A DNA stretch of 64,000 nt from Carcharhinus longimanus (taxonomy: Eukaryota), in NCBI GenBank assembly GCA_030264375.1, contig JASCQW010000148.1, positions 21,675,632-21,739,631 of the forward strand, in the 5' to 3' direction. The stretch's first letter is position 1. Every line of letters begins with the position of its first letter. The notes beneath the pieces are model-generated. The model saw only the letters and a list, made by a program, of their open reading frames with translations, made no database searches and was not told where the DNA came from. Shown here in pieces: positions 52,958 to 64,000 of this stretch. The translations under genes and the position numbers were made by a program.

Positions 52958-53229
52958 ACATAGAACATAGAACATACAGCGCGGAACAGGCCCTTCGGCC
53001 CACAATGTTGCGCCGGCCAGTCTTGTTTTTTANNNNNNNNNNNNNNNNNNNNNNNNNNNNNNNNNNNNNNNNNNNNNNNNNNNNNNNNNNNNNNNNNNNN
53101 NNNNNNNNNNNNNNNNNNNNNNNNNNNNNNNNTACCATGGTGAACCTTATCAAACGCCTTACTAAAATCCATATATACCACGTCTACTGCCTTACCCCTA
53201 TCCACCTCTGCCTTACCCCTATCCACCTC
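52958..53229 (-). mobile_element. Young CR1 LINE spanning an assembly gap
   Basis: Tail (catagaa)n then cccttcggcccacaatgttg. After the gap, DRGKAVDVVYMDFSKAFDKVHHG is CR1 RT. Confidence 0.9.
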
Positions 53230-56200
53230 GGAATGTTGTTAAGTGTAGGAACTCCACTTTTTGAGTGCCACATAAACTGTGGCCAACATCTTTGAAAATT
53301 TACACCAATTATGGTTTTGAAGTCAAAAAACTAGGGCCTTGTTTTCACATGTGGAGCATGCATTGCAGCAGCAATTTCATTCTAGTCTTTTTCCAAAACA
53401 AGGGTCTCTGTTGCTGATTGCAGTCCCAACAATCCCTGCCAAAAGTGCACAAAGTAGATGTGAAGTCCGAACTGGATTAAGTTTAGATATGATGTTGACC
53501 ATTGATGACTCCCCTACCTGCACTCACTATCCGGACTCCCACATACAAAAAATTACTGATCAAATAAAATATGAGTAAATGACCAGTCCTCAACAAATCA
53601 TTTTGCAACAAGGAGTCATTCAGGGGAGCCTGTCCGCATTAAGGATGGATTGACAGTTCAGTGCAAAATTGGCCATACTGATTCACTGAAATTAAATAGT
53701 GGAGTCATCCCAAAAAATAATATGTTACTGGGGAGGTCAAATTTTACAAGGGTTTTCCAGCCCCCTTGTAACTTCACTGGAAATCTCAGATAAATGGCTA
53801 CCTACACATTTTATCCAGTTTCTCTCAAAATTATGGTGGGAAATTCCACCTCACATTGTTTTATTTGAGAGCTATGACATGATCTGCTGACCCAAACCTC
53901 TCAAATCCTGTTCCTGTCCCACTGTTTTTGGTGCAGCTGCAGAATATGTCCCTCTGATTAACTTTGCGCTAACTTGTGAGAACTGTGTCAATAAATCACA
54001 GCTGATCAAGTTTTGAGAGAAATCAAAGGGATTAGAGAGGTGTTCATTCTAAGGATTTTATTACCTCAGTTCAAGAAAGTTAATTAGAAACAAGGTAATT
54101 TTTCATTTCTGATATCTGAATAGCAAATAAGGTAGAATTCATTTTTTGAAAACTGGTATTCTATTAATGTGCACATGTGAAATAAGGTGCAGTAGCTTGC
54201 CGTTAAATCATAACAATTCAGCTTAGTAATAAAAAAACAATTTTATGTTTTTAAAATATGAGTAGAATTTGAGGTGTTTATGTATGTACATTGTCCTGCA
54301 AAATTAGGATTTTTTTAATTTATTGGAGTATAAAGATTATTTAGAATTTATTTATTCTATATTTTATTTAGAATCAATAGTAAACTCCCTCGTGATAGAC
54401 CAGAAAGTTCACAAGTTCATACTTTAGTCTGCCTCGAGTTAGTTGACCTTATCCTAGGCAGAAGCCAGGTGCTATAATTGGCTTTAAAGATGGCAGAGGT
54501 GGTCAGGCTTCCCACTACCTAATAATCCCTAGTGGCAGTATGCATTGTGAGGTGCCATTGGTTACCTATTCTGTCGTCATACACACATGAACAGTTGTCA
54601 GATAGGCGCTGGAAGATGACAAGTGGAGTGTACCGAGCAGGGAAAGCAACTCCAGGAACAAACAGTAATGGCAAAGAAAAAAAGGGAAATTGCTTTTTTT
54701 CCAGCTGTCATCATCTGTAGTATGATGTGCATCTCACATACTGTCTAACTTGTCAGCATACAGGGGCCAACATTTGAATTATTTTATTTACAGAGTATTA
54801 CACAGATTTAAATGATAATTGCTAGCGCAGCTGGATATATCTGATAATTAAAATCATGCTGTGTGATATACTTATGCTGAAGAGTTAGGAAAGGTGTGCA
54901 TATTTCCTATCACATGCAAAAAGTCAATGCAGAATCCCATGTACTTTAATGAACTGACCACCACCCATTACTTTTAAGTCATACATGAATTCAAAGCATT
55001 TTTCATTTTCATTTCTGGGCATTGTGTCTGGAAAAGTTTGCTAAGTGTTTGAGATACTAATAATGGAAAAAATTGGATTTGTGTTATCTGTCGGAAAATT
55101 ATAAGAAAGTAATTTCCAAATCCTGCTAAAATCGTAGAAATTACAAGCATCCAAATTTTAGAGTGAAATGTATTGGACTGCCAGCAAGAGACTGCAACTA
55201 AATGATGCTGAGATGGATTGGGGACAGGATGTGTAAGAATGCAGAAAGATGCCAAAATCAAAAGGTACTCCAATAGATGTTGGAAATCCAATGTTGAAAT
55301 ATAGCTATTTTGTTTCTTCTTTATTTTCATCTTAAAAGTTGTCTAATTTGTCAGCATATGGGGGCCAATATTCGAATTTGGGATTATGGCCAGTTTGACG
55401 TGTTGAATGCTGTGATTTGTGGTGAGAAAGCCATGTGATTTGGAATTGCAGAAATAAGTTCTTTCACAAACTCAGCAGTTTTTATTTCATTATCAACATT
55501 GTTGAATCTTTGTGTAAAGTGTTCCAGCATGTGAAATGTATTCATTTAGTGCAACACTTGGCAAAATTCCATTTTATTTTCCCTTTCCTGTCAGTGTTCA
55601 TGATGTCTATATGGGAACATTTTACTTCCTTTAGGCACGTTACAAATAATCTGGCAAGATGTTTACCATCTCGTGTTTCAACAGGGTGAAGCCTTTTACT
55701 CCTTTTCCATGATTTGATAACTGTGCTTGTGAAGTGATAGTAGAAACCTAAAATTAGAAGTGTAAGTAATTATATCTGTTGTTTGCAGGGTTTCCTGTTT
55801 ATTTCATGTTCTTGTACCAGCAATTATGTTTTTTATTGGTTATTCCCAAATGAAAAAGAAGTAAAAATCATTTGCGTTATCTTGTCCCAGTCACAGACCC
55901 AGTGAATTCTGATCAGTATCCGGGATATGACAGATCAAATCCTCAAATTCTGAGAGTGCATGAAGCATCGGTGTTTGCAAACCTCCTAATTTGTGTGTAT
56001 TGTCATTAACAACCTCTAGAAATGCACTTGATAAGCACAACAGTGAATGTGTAATGTTGGAGATGTACATGTATTAAAAAAAAAATCTGAATTGTGACCA
56101 AAGCCTGCGCCAGCTACATGGGTTGCCGTTATCAGAAAGTTCACAATGATATAAAGTACCAAGATGTAAAGCTGATTAAGTTTGACAGTTCACCATATTT

Positions 56201-57759
56201 TTAGGCTGGGAAGTTCTTTAGAATTGCTTCTCCTCTGGCAAAGTAATGCCAGCAGAACAGTTCTGAATAACTTTCAACCTTTGTTTCTAACCTTGGCATA
56301 TCACATTCTATTTCATGGTCTTCTGGACTGCATGATTTTATTTGGCTCATTGTGCCTACACTGGCTGTTTGAGAGAGCGATCCAGATAGCCTTATTCCTC
56401 ATATCACAGCAAATATTTATCCAATTCTTTTTTAAAAAGTTACTATTGAATTTGCTTTAAGATAGTGCATTCCAGATCATCATCATACATAAAAAAAACA
56501 ATTTTTCATCTTTTTGCATCAATTCGTTCCATTGGCACTTACTTTAAATTTGTTTCTTCTGATTACCAACCCAGTGAAGTCAGTTATTCCCAATCCACTA
56601 AGTTAAAACGCCTCATAATTTTGAAAATCTCCTCATAACCTTTGCTGCTGCAAGGAGAGCAATCTTAGTTTCTCTAATCTCCTCATGCAACTGAAATATT
56701 TTTCAAATAATTTCTTGAGCTTATTCAGTATTCAAATTCAGCATCTTGGTTCTTGAATATTTTTGCAATTACTGACAATGGACTGCTGAATTTGCAATTT
56801 TGCTAAATCTCCATTGATTATGGCCATGTGAAAATGTATGTCCATCCTTTTGAATAATACAGAAATAACATGTTAAAAGCTATAGAGAAAAGTAAGCAGT
56901 CACTTTACATTATTGTCCTCGCGGTTTCTGCTGCATTTGGTGTTTAAACTCAGCATCCGGTGATATATGTGATGGATTCGCCATGGTCTTCTTCCAGCTG
57001 CTTTGTGAGACTCTTGGTGCCAGTTGATTTATACTGAGGCTTATGGCTTTGTCGTTCCTCATCTAGGTATATTGGCATGGAAAGTGGGGTGTGGGGGGGG
57101 GCCGTGTGCAATTATNNNNNNNNNNNNNNNNNNNNNNNNNNNNNNNNNNNNNNNNNNNNNNNNNNNNNNNNNNNNNNNNNNNNNNNNNNNNNNNNNNNNN
57201 NNNNNNNNNNNNNNNCGGCTCCTAAATTCAATCCCCCTACCAATAAACGCCAAGATAGAGGTTGTCTTCACCCTTGCCCGCTCTGAATGGCTCGGTCACC
57301 TGGAAGTTAATACTGCAGCTGAGTTAAAACATCCACTCCAATCACATTTAGTTTCCCAGCCCAGTGTCAGTCTCAAAAACCTAATAAATTGTTTTACCTT
57401 TGAGCAAGAATTGAAGAATTAAGTAACAGCTTTGGAACCAGATGAAACCAGGAATTCACTGAAGGAAATGCGAGTAGTATCATCAGTGACATTGAAGAAA
57501 TTGTTCAAAGGTTGGTGGGTTGAATTAACGCACTATTGCATGATTACATTGGGATACATCTGACAAATAAATATTCCCAAAGCAGAATTGCATTTGATTG
57601 AAATGGAGATTGTCTAGTCTGAAAATCAACCACACCACCATTTTCTAAATAACCCCAATTGAGTCAATGCGTGGTTGAGAAGCTGAATACCAAAAAAAGA
57701 AATTGTACGCACATTGTCTTGTGCCCCAAAGTGCAACTCAAAAATACTGAAAATGTAAG

Positions 57760-57950
57760 TGGCAAAAGTCAATATGTTCTAGTGGTTCAAAATCCCTGCT
57801 GTCCTGGTCAATATTAATCCCTCGATCAACATCACAAAACAGATTAACAGATCCCTGTGGAAGTTTACTGTGCGCAAACTGGTTGCACTTCACAAAGAAC
57901 TTCAGTGGCAATATAAGCATTGGAGATTAAAAATGCTATAAAACAGATTT
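57760..57950 (+). mobile_element. DeuSINE-like (SacSINE1/AmnSINE1-related) remnant
   Basis: gtcctggtcaatattaatccctcgatcaacatcacaaaacagatt...tgtggaagtttactgtgcgcaaactggttgc resembles the recalled Deu domain. Confidence 0.6.
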
Positions 57951-58577
57951 TTTTTAAAAAAACTTATCTCTTCAGAGAAATATTTAAATCCACTTGTTTT
58001 GACATTCAAAGATTGAATATAACAGACAGTGATTTGCTAACTCTAAAAAGTAACAGTGATTTCAAATTTCGTCCCCTTTTAGGTCTGTTGTATTTCACCC
58101 AAGAATGTTGTGCCTGCTCGACTTGTAGTCAAAAATGGATATATAAACCAGACTTTGGACTCTACCCGTGCTAATGTAAAATAATTATCAACTTTGCAAC
58201 TGCATTAAAGACATTTTAATATGCAAATGGCACATTAATGTAGGTTTGGGACTGAAATAATGGTCTGTGTACATCATGGTTAATAAGAATTGTCTTATTG
58301 CATGGCACATATTTAGTTTTTTATGATAATTGCCTCCAGTTCATTTTACTCGTTGACACCCAGAAATGCATCTTATACTCCCTAAAATCCAAGAGAATCT
58401 TTGCCTGGCTAATATCTAAGAAATATGGAAAAAAAACAAAGGATCAAAAACAAAGAATTTTTGGCACTGTGGTATAGATTGTGTAATATATCTTGCACTT
58501 GGGATTGGCAAAAAAGTTGACCCTGTAAAAATTGGTAATTTTGATATTCAGAAATAACCTTGTTAATTCTTGATTAC

Positions 58578-58703
58578 TGCCAGAATTTTACTGCCTCGCC
58601 TGTCTGAGGCTCATAAGATCCTGCCCAAGGCCAACGGAGGATGCCGTTCTGCAAGCCTTGTCTGCTCCGGTTCTGGGGTGGGAGAGGCAGTAAAATTCCA
58701 GCC
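58578..58703. mobile_element. ~125-bp MITE-like element
   Basis: Terminal inverted repeat gaattttactgcctc and gaggcagtaaaattc, 15 bp perfect. Confidence 0.7.
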
Positions 58704-59200
58704 TAAGTGTTTGCCAGTGCCCTTAAAAACATATTTCAGGCACAGTATAAATGTTTGTTTAATGTAACCAGAAAATGAGCAATTGTTTAATAACGAATGA
58801 ACTCTACCTTGCCCTAGAAAATGTGTATTTAAAAAAAAAGAAGTCTTTCTCTTGACATGTGCTAACTATGAATATGAGAATTAGTGAACTATTCATGTAA
58901 AAGGGAGCACTCAGAAGTGCCCTTCCTCATCTATTTGATGATTTTGTGTAGAGGTTTGAATAATTGAAGAATTGAACCTGCCCAATCATAAAACACATTC
59001 TGCCACATTCCCACCATGGAAAATTTGGAGTAGCACTGACATGTAATCCTTGAGATCCTTTAAACTATCTCATTTATGTAACCCTCCCCTCCCCCCACTG
59101 TCCAATATTTCATTCTGTTAATGTGTCTTGGTTTCAGATTGAAATGTTCCTTTATCCACCCTGAAATCTTTTGTGGGTTCGCCATAAGATGCTTCACAAA

Positions 59201-59385
59201 CGCTTGTTGGCCTTTTGGCTGAGATCAGGCGTCAGATCAAGCTCAAGATGGTGTGTAATGCCTTATCCTGTCAGATTGGATCTTGTTTGCCTCTCTTGAG
59301 GAGACCATGAATTGGATTCAATTGGATCTTGAATTTGGATTTTGGAGCAAGCAAGAAATGGATTCAAGTTTGCCTGGTCTTTCCT
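59201..59385 (+). pseudogene. Diverged U2 snRNA-derived sequence (pseudogene or U2-derived repeat)
   Basis: 59201-59232 matches recalled U2 nt 3-34 at 27/32. TGGATTTTGGAGCA (59336-59349) matches the U2 Sm-site region. Branch-recognition GTAGTA is lost and there are internal insertions. Confidence 0.75.
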
Positions 59386-59484
59386 AAAATTGGCTTTGTA
59401 ACTTTAAGAACAGAGTAAAACATTTTTTTTAAAAAAGCACCATGAGGCAACACACAGATGTAGTAATAAAAGGCAAAAGGTAAT

Positions 59485-59715
59485 AAATACTTCAGATCTG
59501 GAAATCTGACATAAAAACGGAAAATGTTGGAAAAACTCTGCCAATCTGGCAGCATCTGTTTAGAAAAACAAGAGCTAACATTTCAAGTCCAATTTCAAGT
59601 CTTACAAACTCGAGAGTTCCAATTTAAAGTCGTATTGGACTTGAAATATTAACTTTGTTTCTCTTCATAGATGCCGCCATATCTCTTGTGTTTTTCCAAC
59701 ACTTTCCGTATTTAT
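59485..59715. mobile_element. Palindromic non-autonomous repeat, probably Penelope-derived
   Basis: Arm acggaaaatgttggaaaaac...ggcagcatct...aacatttcaagtcc pairs with ggacttgaaatattaac...agatgccgcc...gtttttccaacactttccgt. Single-arm remnants at ~1905-1960 and ~5800-5870. Confidence 0.65.
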
Positions 59716-60662
59716 TACACAATTATGATACTTGCTTACAACTACAAAAGCATTTCTATTCTTTTGACTATTCCCTTACTATTATTGTGTTTCCAAATAA
59801 CATTTTGCTTTCTCCATTGCCATGGTTAGTTTCCTGTGAGTTGTCTTTGTCACAGGGATTCCATAATAAAAGCCTGTTTGGCAGTTGAACAACCTCCGGA
59901 TCCTTTGACTGCTTTTTGACTCATTTTCCTACCCAACATTCCAGTCCACCCCATGGACCAATCAACTCTGGAATATCTCCAGAATGCTGCAGTGTCCTGC
60001 AGGTAGTCTAGTATTATGTTCAGAAAGTCTGAAGTTCTCAAACAAAGAAGTCGAAGAGAATTTCCTTTTGCGCCATTCCAGATGTATGATGTATCCAAGA
60101 CCTTCCTCATTTACGTGAACTTCAACAATCCTCAATTCTTTTCTTAAAGCTTTATTGAAATCAAGCCCTAAAAATTGGTGATTAATACCTCTTTATAACA
60201 ATGAACTCCTATTGAAATTTCATATTCTCTCACTTTCCAGTATTCTTGCTCAAGACTGTTATCTTTCTAAATCATTTGGGTGTATTTTAAAGTTTAATCT
60301 CCTGGATTATGTCACTTTTTCTTGTAACAAACCTTTATCTGTCTGTTGTTCCACAATTCCTGCTTTTACTGATGAGATGTAAAACTGTAATAAAGCAGCA
60401 GTGTGTAGACAATGATTGTCCCAACCAGCAGTACAATGTTTCTAATAAAAATAAAGCCAAAAATGAAAGTAGCTAAATTATACAATAAATATTGGTATCC
60501 CAACATGTTTATGCTTCACCTAATACATCCTTGAAGTACAGAGTGGTTTGAAAGTTGATGCTTTAGAATCTCTCAGCCTGAGATGATCTTTATTTGTGGA
60601 CAGTGATGTTCAGCATTTGCTCTTCATTGAGTAAATTTGAATTTTCTTCCTGTTTTCTTCAG

Positions 60663-60788
60663 CATCGTAAGGCCCACACGACACTACACAGTCTTCCTTT
60701 CTGAGGATTCCTCTGATGATGAACTTCACCATGAAGAGGACTCTATATCTGCCTTCTCTGAAAGCTTTCTCTTCACTCCTTTTGAATG
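60663..60788 (+). CDS. DENND1A: DENND1A acidic 126-nt exon, phase 2-2, probably a cassette: (H)IVRPTRHYTVFLSEDSSDDELHHEEDSISAFSESFLFTPFE(W)
   Basis: Acceptor ttttcttcctgttttcttcag, donor ATG|gtctac; lies inside ORF 60637..60849. Matches recalled DENND1A isoform segment LVKPLRHYAVFLSEDSSDDE...FTESFFFSAPFEW. Confidence 0.88.
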
Positions 60789-60977
60789 GTCTACTGACTC
60801 TTTCATTTATATTCTTTTGATTGAGAAACTTGTGTGTGACTGCTTATGAGTAAATGTGATTTCTACAGCATATACCTATTTAAATACATGGCTGTATCGA
60901 ATTGAGGAAAAAAATAGCAGACCTCATAGATCAAGTGTCGAACAAACTATTGCATTTTCTTTCCTTGGTAGGTTTGG

Positions 60978-61267
60978 GTAGCACGGTGGCACAGTGGTTA
61001 GCGTTGCTGCCTCACAGCGCCAGGGACCTGCATTCAATTCCCAGCTTGATCACTGTCTGTGCGGAGTCTGCACATTCTCCCTGTGTATGTGTGGGTTTCC
61101 TCCCACAGTCTGAAAGATATGTTGGTTAGGTGCATTGACCATACTAAATTCTCCCTCAGTGTACTAGAACAGGAGCTGGAGTGTGGCAACTGGAGAATTT
61201 TCACAGTAACTTCATTGCAATGTTAATGCAAGCCTACTTGTGACACTAATAAATAAACTTTAACTTT
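60978..61267 (+). mobile_element. tRNA-derived SINE (second tail type)
   Basis: Runs gcacggtggcacagtggttagc...cttgtgacactaataaataaactttaacttt. Confidence 0.9.
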
Positions 61268-61679
61268 CACAAAACCTAAATCCTTTGCTACTGATCATTT
61301 TATTTGCTGAGAGAATTATGTAGCAGCCATTCCTGTTAATCATACAGAAATAGCTTTATACACTGCCAATATTTTAGTTAATCATGTAACTGAAAATAAA
61401 AGTGCAAAGATGCTGAACTAAAATTTGATAGCCAGGAATTTGCCAATGATTATTTCATGATAATTGCATGATGGCATGGGGGAGGTGTTTGTCAATAATA
61501 TAGTAACCAGTCACTCAATAGAACTCACTTTTCAGCATTATTGCTCTCTCTCTCTTGAACTATCAAAATGAACACTTGAATTATCAAAGAATGCTAAGAG
61601 CATATTTTAAAGTTATGCTCTGATATATTTTCTGTTTGCTTGAGAAGTTCAAGTTGAATTTCTCTTCTGGTTTCTGTCT

Positions 61680-61790
61680 AAAATACGCCAACAAGTAAAT
61701 AATATTTTGTCCGTCAATAATTAGCCACTGGACAATGCACCATTGTGGCTGTTCCAGGCATAAATAAATTATCCGCTCGATTGGCAACTT
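61680..61790. promoter_or_regulatory. Candidate conserved enhancer with paired SOX site
   Basis: ACAATG-cac-CATTGT (61732-61746), TAATTA, GTAAATA and ATAAATA, with retained CpGs. Conservation was not tested. Confidence 0.4.
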
Positions 61791-63624
61791 TTGGGTTCAC
61801 TGTTAGCTGGAAATTCTGACCAATGCTGAAGTTTTATTTGTGTTTTGTACCTGCAAGGACTAGGATAGATTTCTGTTGAAGGCATACCAGTTAACTGCAT
61901 ATTTCAGTCAGAATTCTGTGCTAGAGTGATTTTGACTAAAAATCTAAACTGCATTCTGGCCAAAGCACAACTAATTATAATTAATGTGATGGCCCAGTAG
62001 GTGGCACTTTTGTGAGATTTCTATCTTGGTGGTAACAATGGCTGAATAATGAACCTAGTTAAATTTTGGAAAATAGACAAAAACATTGTAACAATCATCT
62101 GAATCTATATTCATTTGTTTTCTTTTGTCTGATTAATACACAATACTTTTCTAAATAACTGCTGTGACATATCCAATATTGTATTTCAATAATGACAATT
62201 TTAACATATTACAAATAAGCAGAGAGTTGCGGAATAAGGATCTTATTCTATGAGACAATTCACTTGTGAGGTCTTCCACCTGAAGGTAATAAGCTCCGTA
62301 TACTACTGTTCCTGTTTGAGTATTCTCTGCTGGCCATTCATATGTAATTTTATTTTAAATTGTTTTTGATGTACCTTTCATGATGAGTTGTAACTGTAAG
62401 TATGAGAGTGTTTAATGATCAGAAGGTCCTTTTGAGTTGTCTTTCATTTCCCAAAACTTTGCAATCCCTTTAGCAGGACTGAGGAATTAATTTAACATCT
62501 TAGTCTAAGATAGAAGGTATTGCAGCAGTGATTCATTAGGACAGCTGATGTGATTGGAGCTCAGCCAATGTGTGAGAATGTAACAGCTTCATTCAGGAAC
62601 TGTGCAGTCACCTTTTAGAAATTATAGTGGAGCATCAAAAGACATGCAACACAGAGACTGCTGAAGGTGCAAAGAGGATATACAGGGGTTACGTCTCAAG
62701 AGGGACTGCTCACTGTTGACTTTGCATATTTATACACTCTTACGACCGTGTCTATTTGCTAGTACCCATGTATTCTGCAAATCACATGGCAATATGACAA
62801 ACAAAGGACTCATTCAAACCTGAGATTAACCAGGTCACAAATTGATCAGATCTCAACCCCTAAATCAATCAGGCCTGCAGCTTTGTGCCTCCAATTAAAT
62901 TTACTATGGTGTAGCTATTCTCCTCTACGTTTCTCCCTTAGCTAACTTATTCCCCTACAAAATGACCTATGCTGCTGAAATGGCCGGTGTGCCAATTGTA
63001 AAACTATTATGCTTGATTGGGAATCAAAGTTTATGTTCACCAAAAAACTGACACATTGTGTTTTTCTTCAGACGGTAAAGTGAATGAACAAAATAATCAG
63101 GACTGCCAACAAACCTTTAAATATCTTTTAGGCTATTTCAAAAAATACTTAATGTTTAGTTAAATTTAAGGATAATTTTCTAAACAACATTTTTACAACA
63201 TAACCTGAAAAATCAAGATTGTTTATTAAATCAAACTATTCATTCTTTTAACAAGTCAAGTAATTGGCTTAATAGAATAGGTTCCACTGGAAGGTAATAC
63301 TAGCCTAAAATTACAAGGAATAGGTTGATCATCCGTCCCATCAAGCATATTCCAGGATTTACTATGGGCTGGACAAACTCATGTACTAACTTAATCGGGC
63401 ACTTGCACAATGCATAACGTTGAAAATGGTGGCATGAAACCTGGAATCAATCTTCATTATAACAGCTAGAATAACAAAATAACTGCTTTATGTTCTGCGG
63501 TAAAATGGTTCAACTTTGCATTTCACAGGTTTTTAACAACAGCAAATATGAAATCATTTAATTAGGTATTCTTCATTCAGATACAAACCTAATTCTGTCT
63601 TTTTTTTTGATGTCGCAATACCAG

Positions 63625-63877
63625 GCCTCAACCATATAAAACATTGAAGGAATCCGATATAGTTGATGGAGAGGTTTTGAGCACAGAGAAAAGACACGGG
63701 CCAACTATCTTTCCCAGTCTCTCAGTGCCGGGTAGGAATATGGATGTAAACTTATTGGATGACATTTTCAGCAGTATAAAGGTTACCTCACAACACCAGC
63801 CCCTCAGCCAAGCCAAAAGTATGGAAGATCTGAGGACACCTAAAGAGGAAGAAATAGAAAATCCATTTGGACATCAG
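63625..63877 (+). CDS. DENND1A: DENND1A coding exon, 253 nt, phase 2-0: PQPYKTLKESDIVDGEVLSTEKRHGPTIFPSLSVPGRNMDVNLLDDIFSSIKVTSQHQPLSQAKSMEDLRTPKEEEIENPFGHQ
   Basis: Acceptor ...gcaataccag after a T tract, donor CAG|gtttgt, 84 open codons. Motifs PQPYxTLxESD, LLxDxF and QAKSxEDLRxPK match recalled human DENND1A. Confidence 0.93.
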
Positions 63878-64000
63878 GTTTGTGCAAATGATTTTGTACT
63901 GTTCATATATTTTTTGACCAACTTTGGGAGTGCAGTCAAAAGTCAATTTACTTTCAGTAAGACTGGACGAACCCAGGGATGGGCAGGATTGGAAAATTCC

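Noticed and set aside
59201-59385. Functional U2 snRNA gene
   Set aside because: The branch-point recognition sequence GTAGTA is absent, the Sm site is shortened, and there are several insertions.
60740-60788. FFAT (VAP-binding) motif after the acidic tract
   Set aside because: SFLFTPFEW lacks the core FFDA/FFSA residues in this species.
4096-63877. Assignment to DENND1B or DENND1C
   Set aside because: RPITVHFGQ together with RPPRP..SPE, FLSEDSSDDE and PQPY..ESD..QAKSxEDLR fits recalled DENND1A best. Reciprocal BLAST and CRB2/LHX2 synteny would confirm it.
1-64000. A prokaryote-type system (operon, CRISPR array, defence island)
   Set aside because: The DNA is spliced vertebrate gene sequence with SINEs and LINEs. 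No repeat-spacer array or long intact ORF is present.

Overview
AT-rich vertebrate genomic DNA, almost certainly a shark/elasmobranch (inferred from the tRNA-SINE, CR1, DeuSINE and LTR repeat families), with six assembly gaps. It is not prokaryotic, and most of the supplied ORF track is noise or transposon remnant. The window lies inside the post-DENN-domain part of DENND1A (connecdenn 1, a Rab35 GEF) on the + strand. Five phase-compatible coding exons were read by hand: 4096-4227, 35580-35639, 42885-42973, 60663-60788 and 63625-63877. There are two further candidate exons: a 55-nt cassette at 48341-48395 and a truncating terminal exon from 51504 with its own poly(A) signal, positionally like human DENND1A.V2. 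The introns hold SINEs, CR1/L2 fragments, solo LTRs, MITEs and a nested Gypsy>CR1>SINE insertion. They also hold a diverged U2-snRNA-derived element, a short interstitial telomeric tract, and several repeat-free, motif-dense blocks that are candidate enhancers of the neighbouring LHX2 regulatory block. Family names and homologies come from recalled sequences, not database searches; repeat boundaries are approximate.
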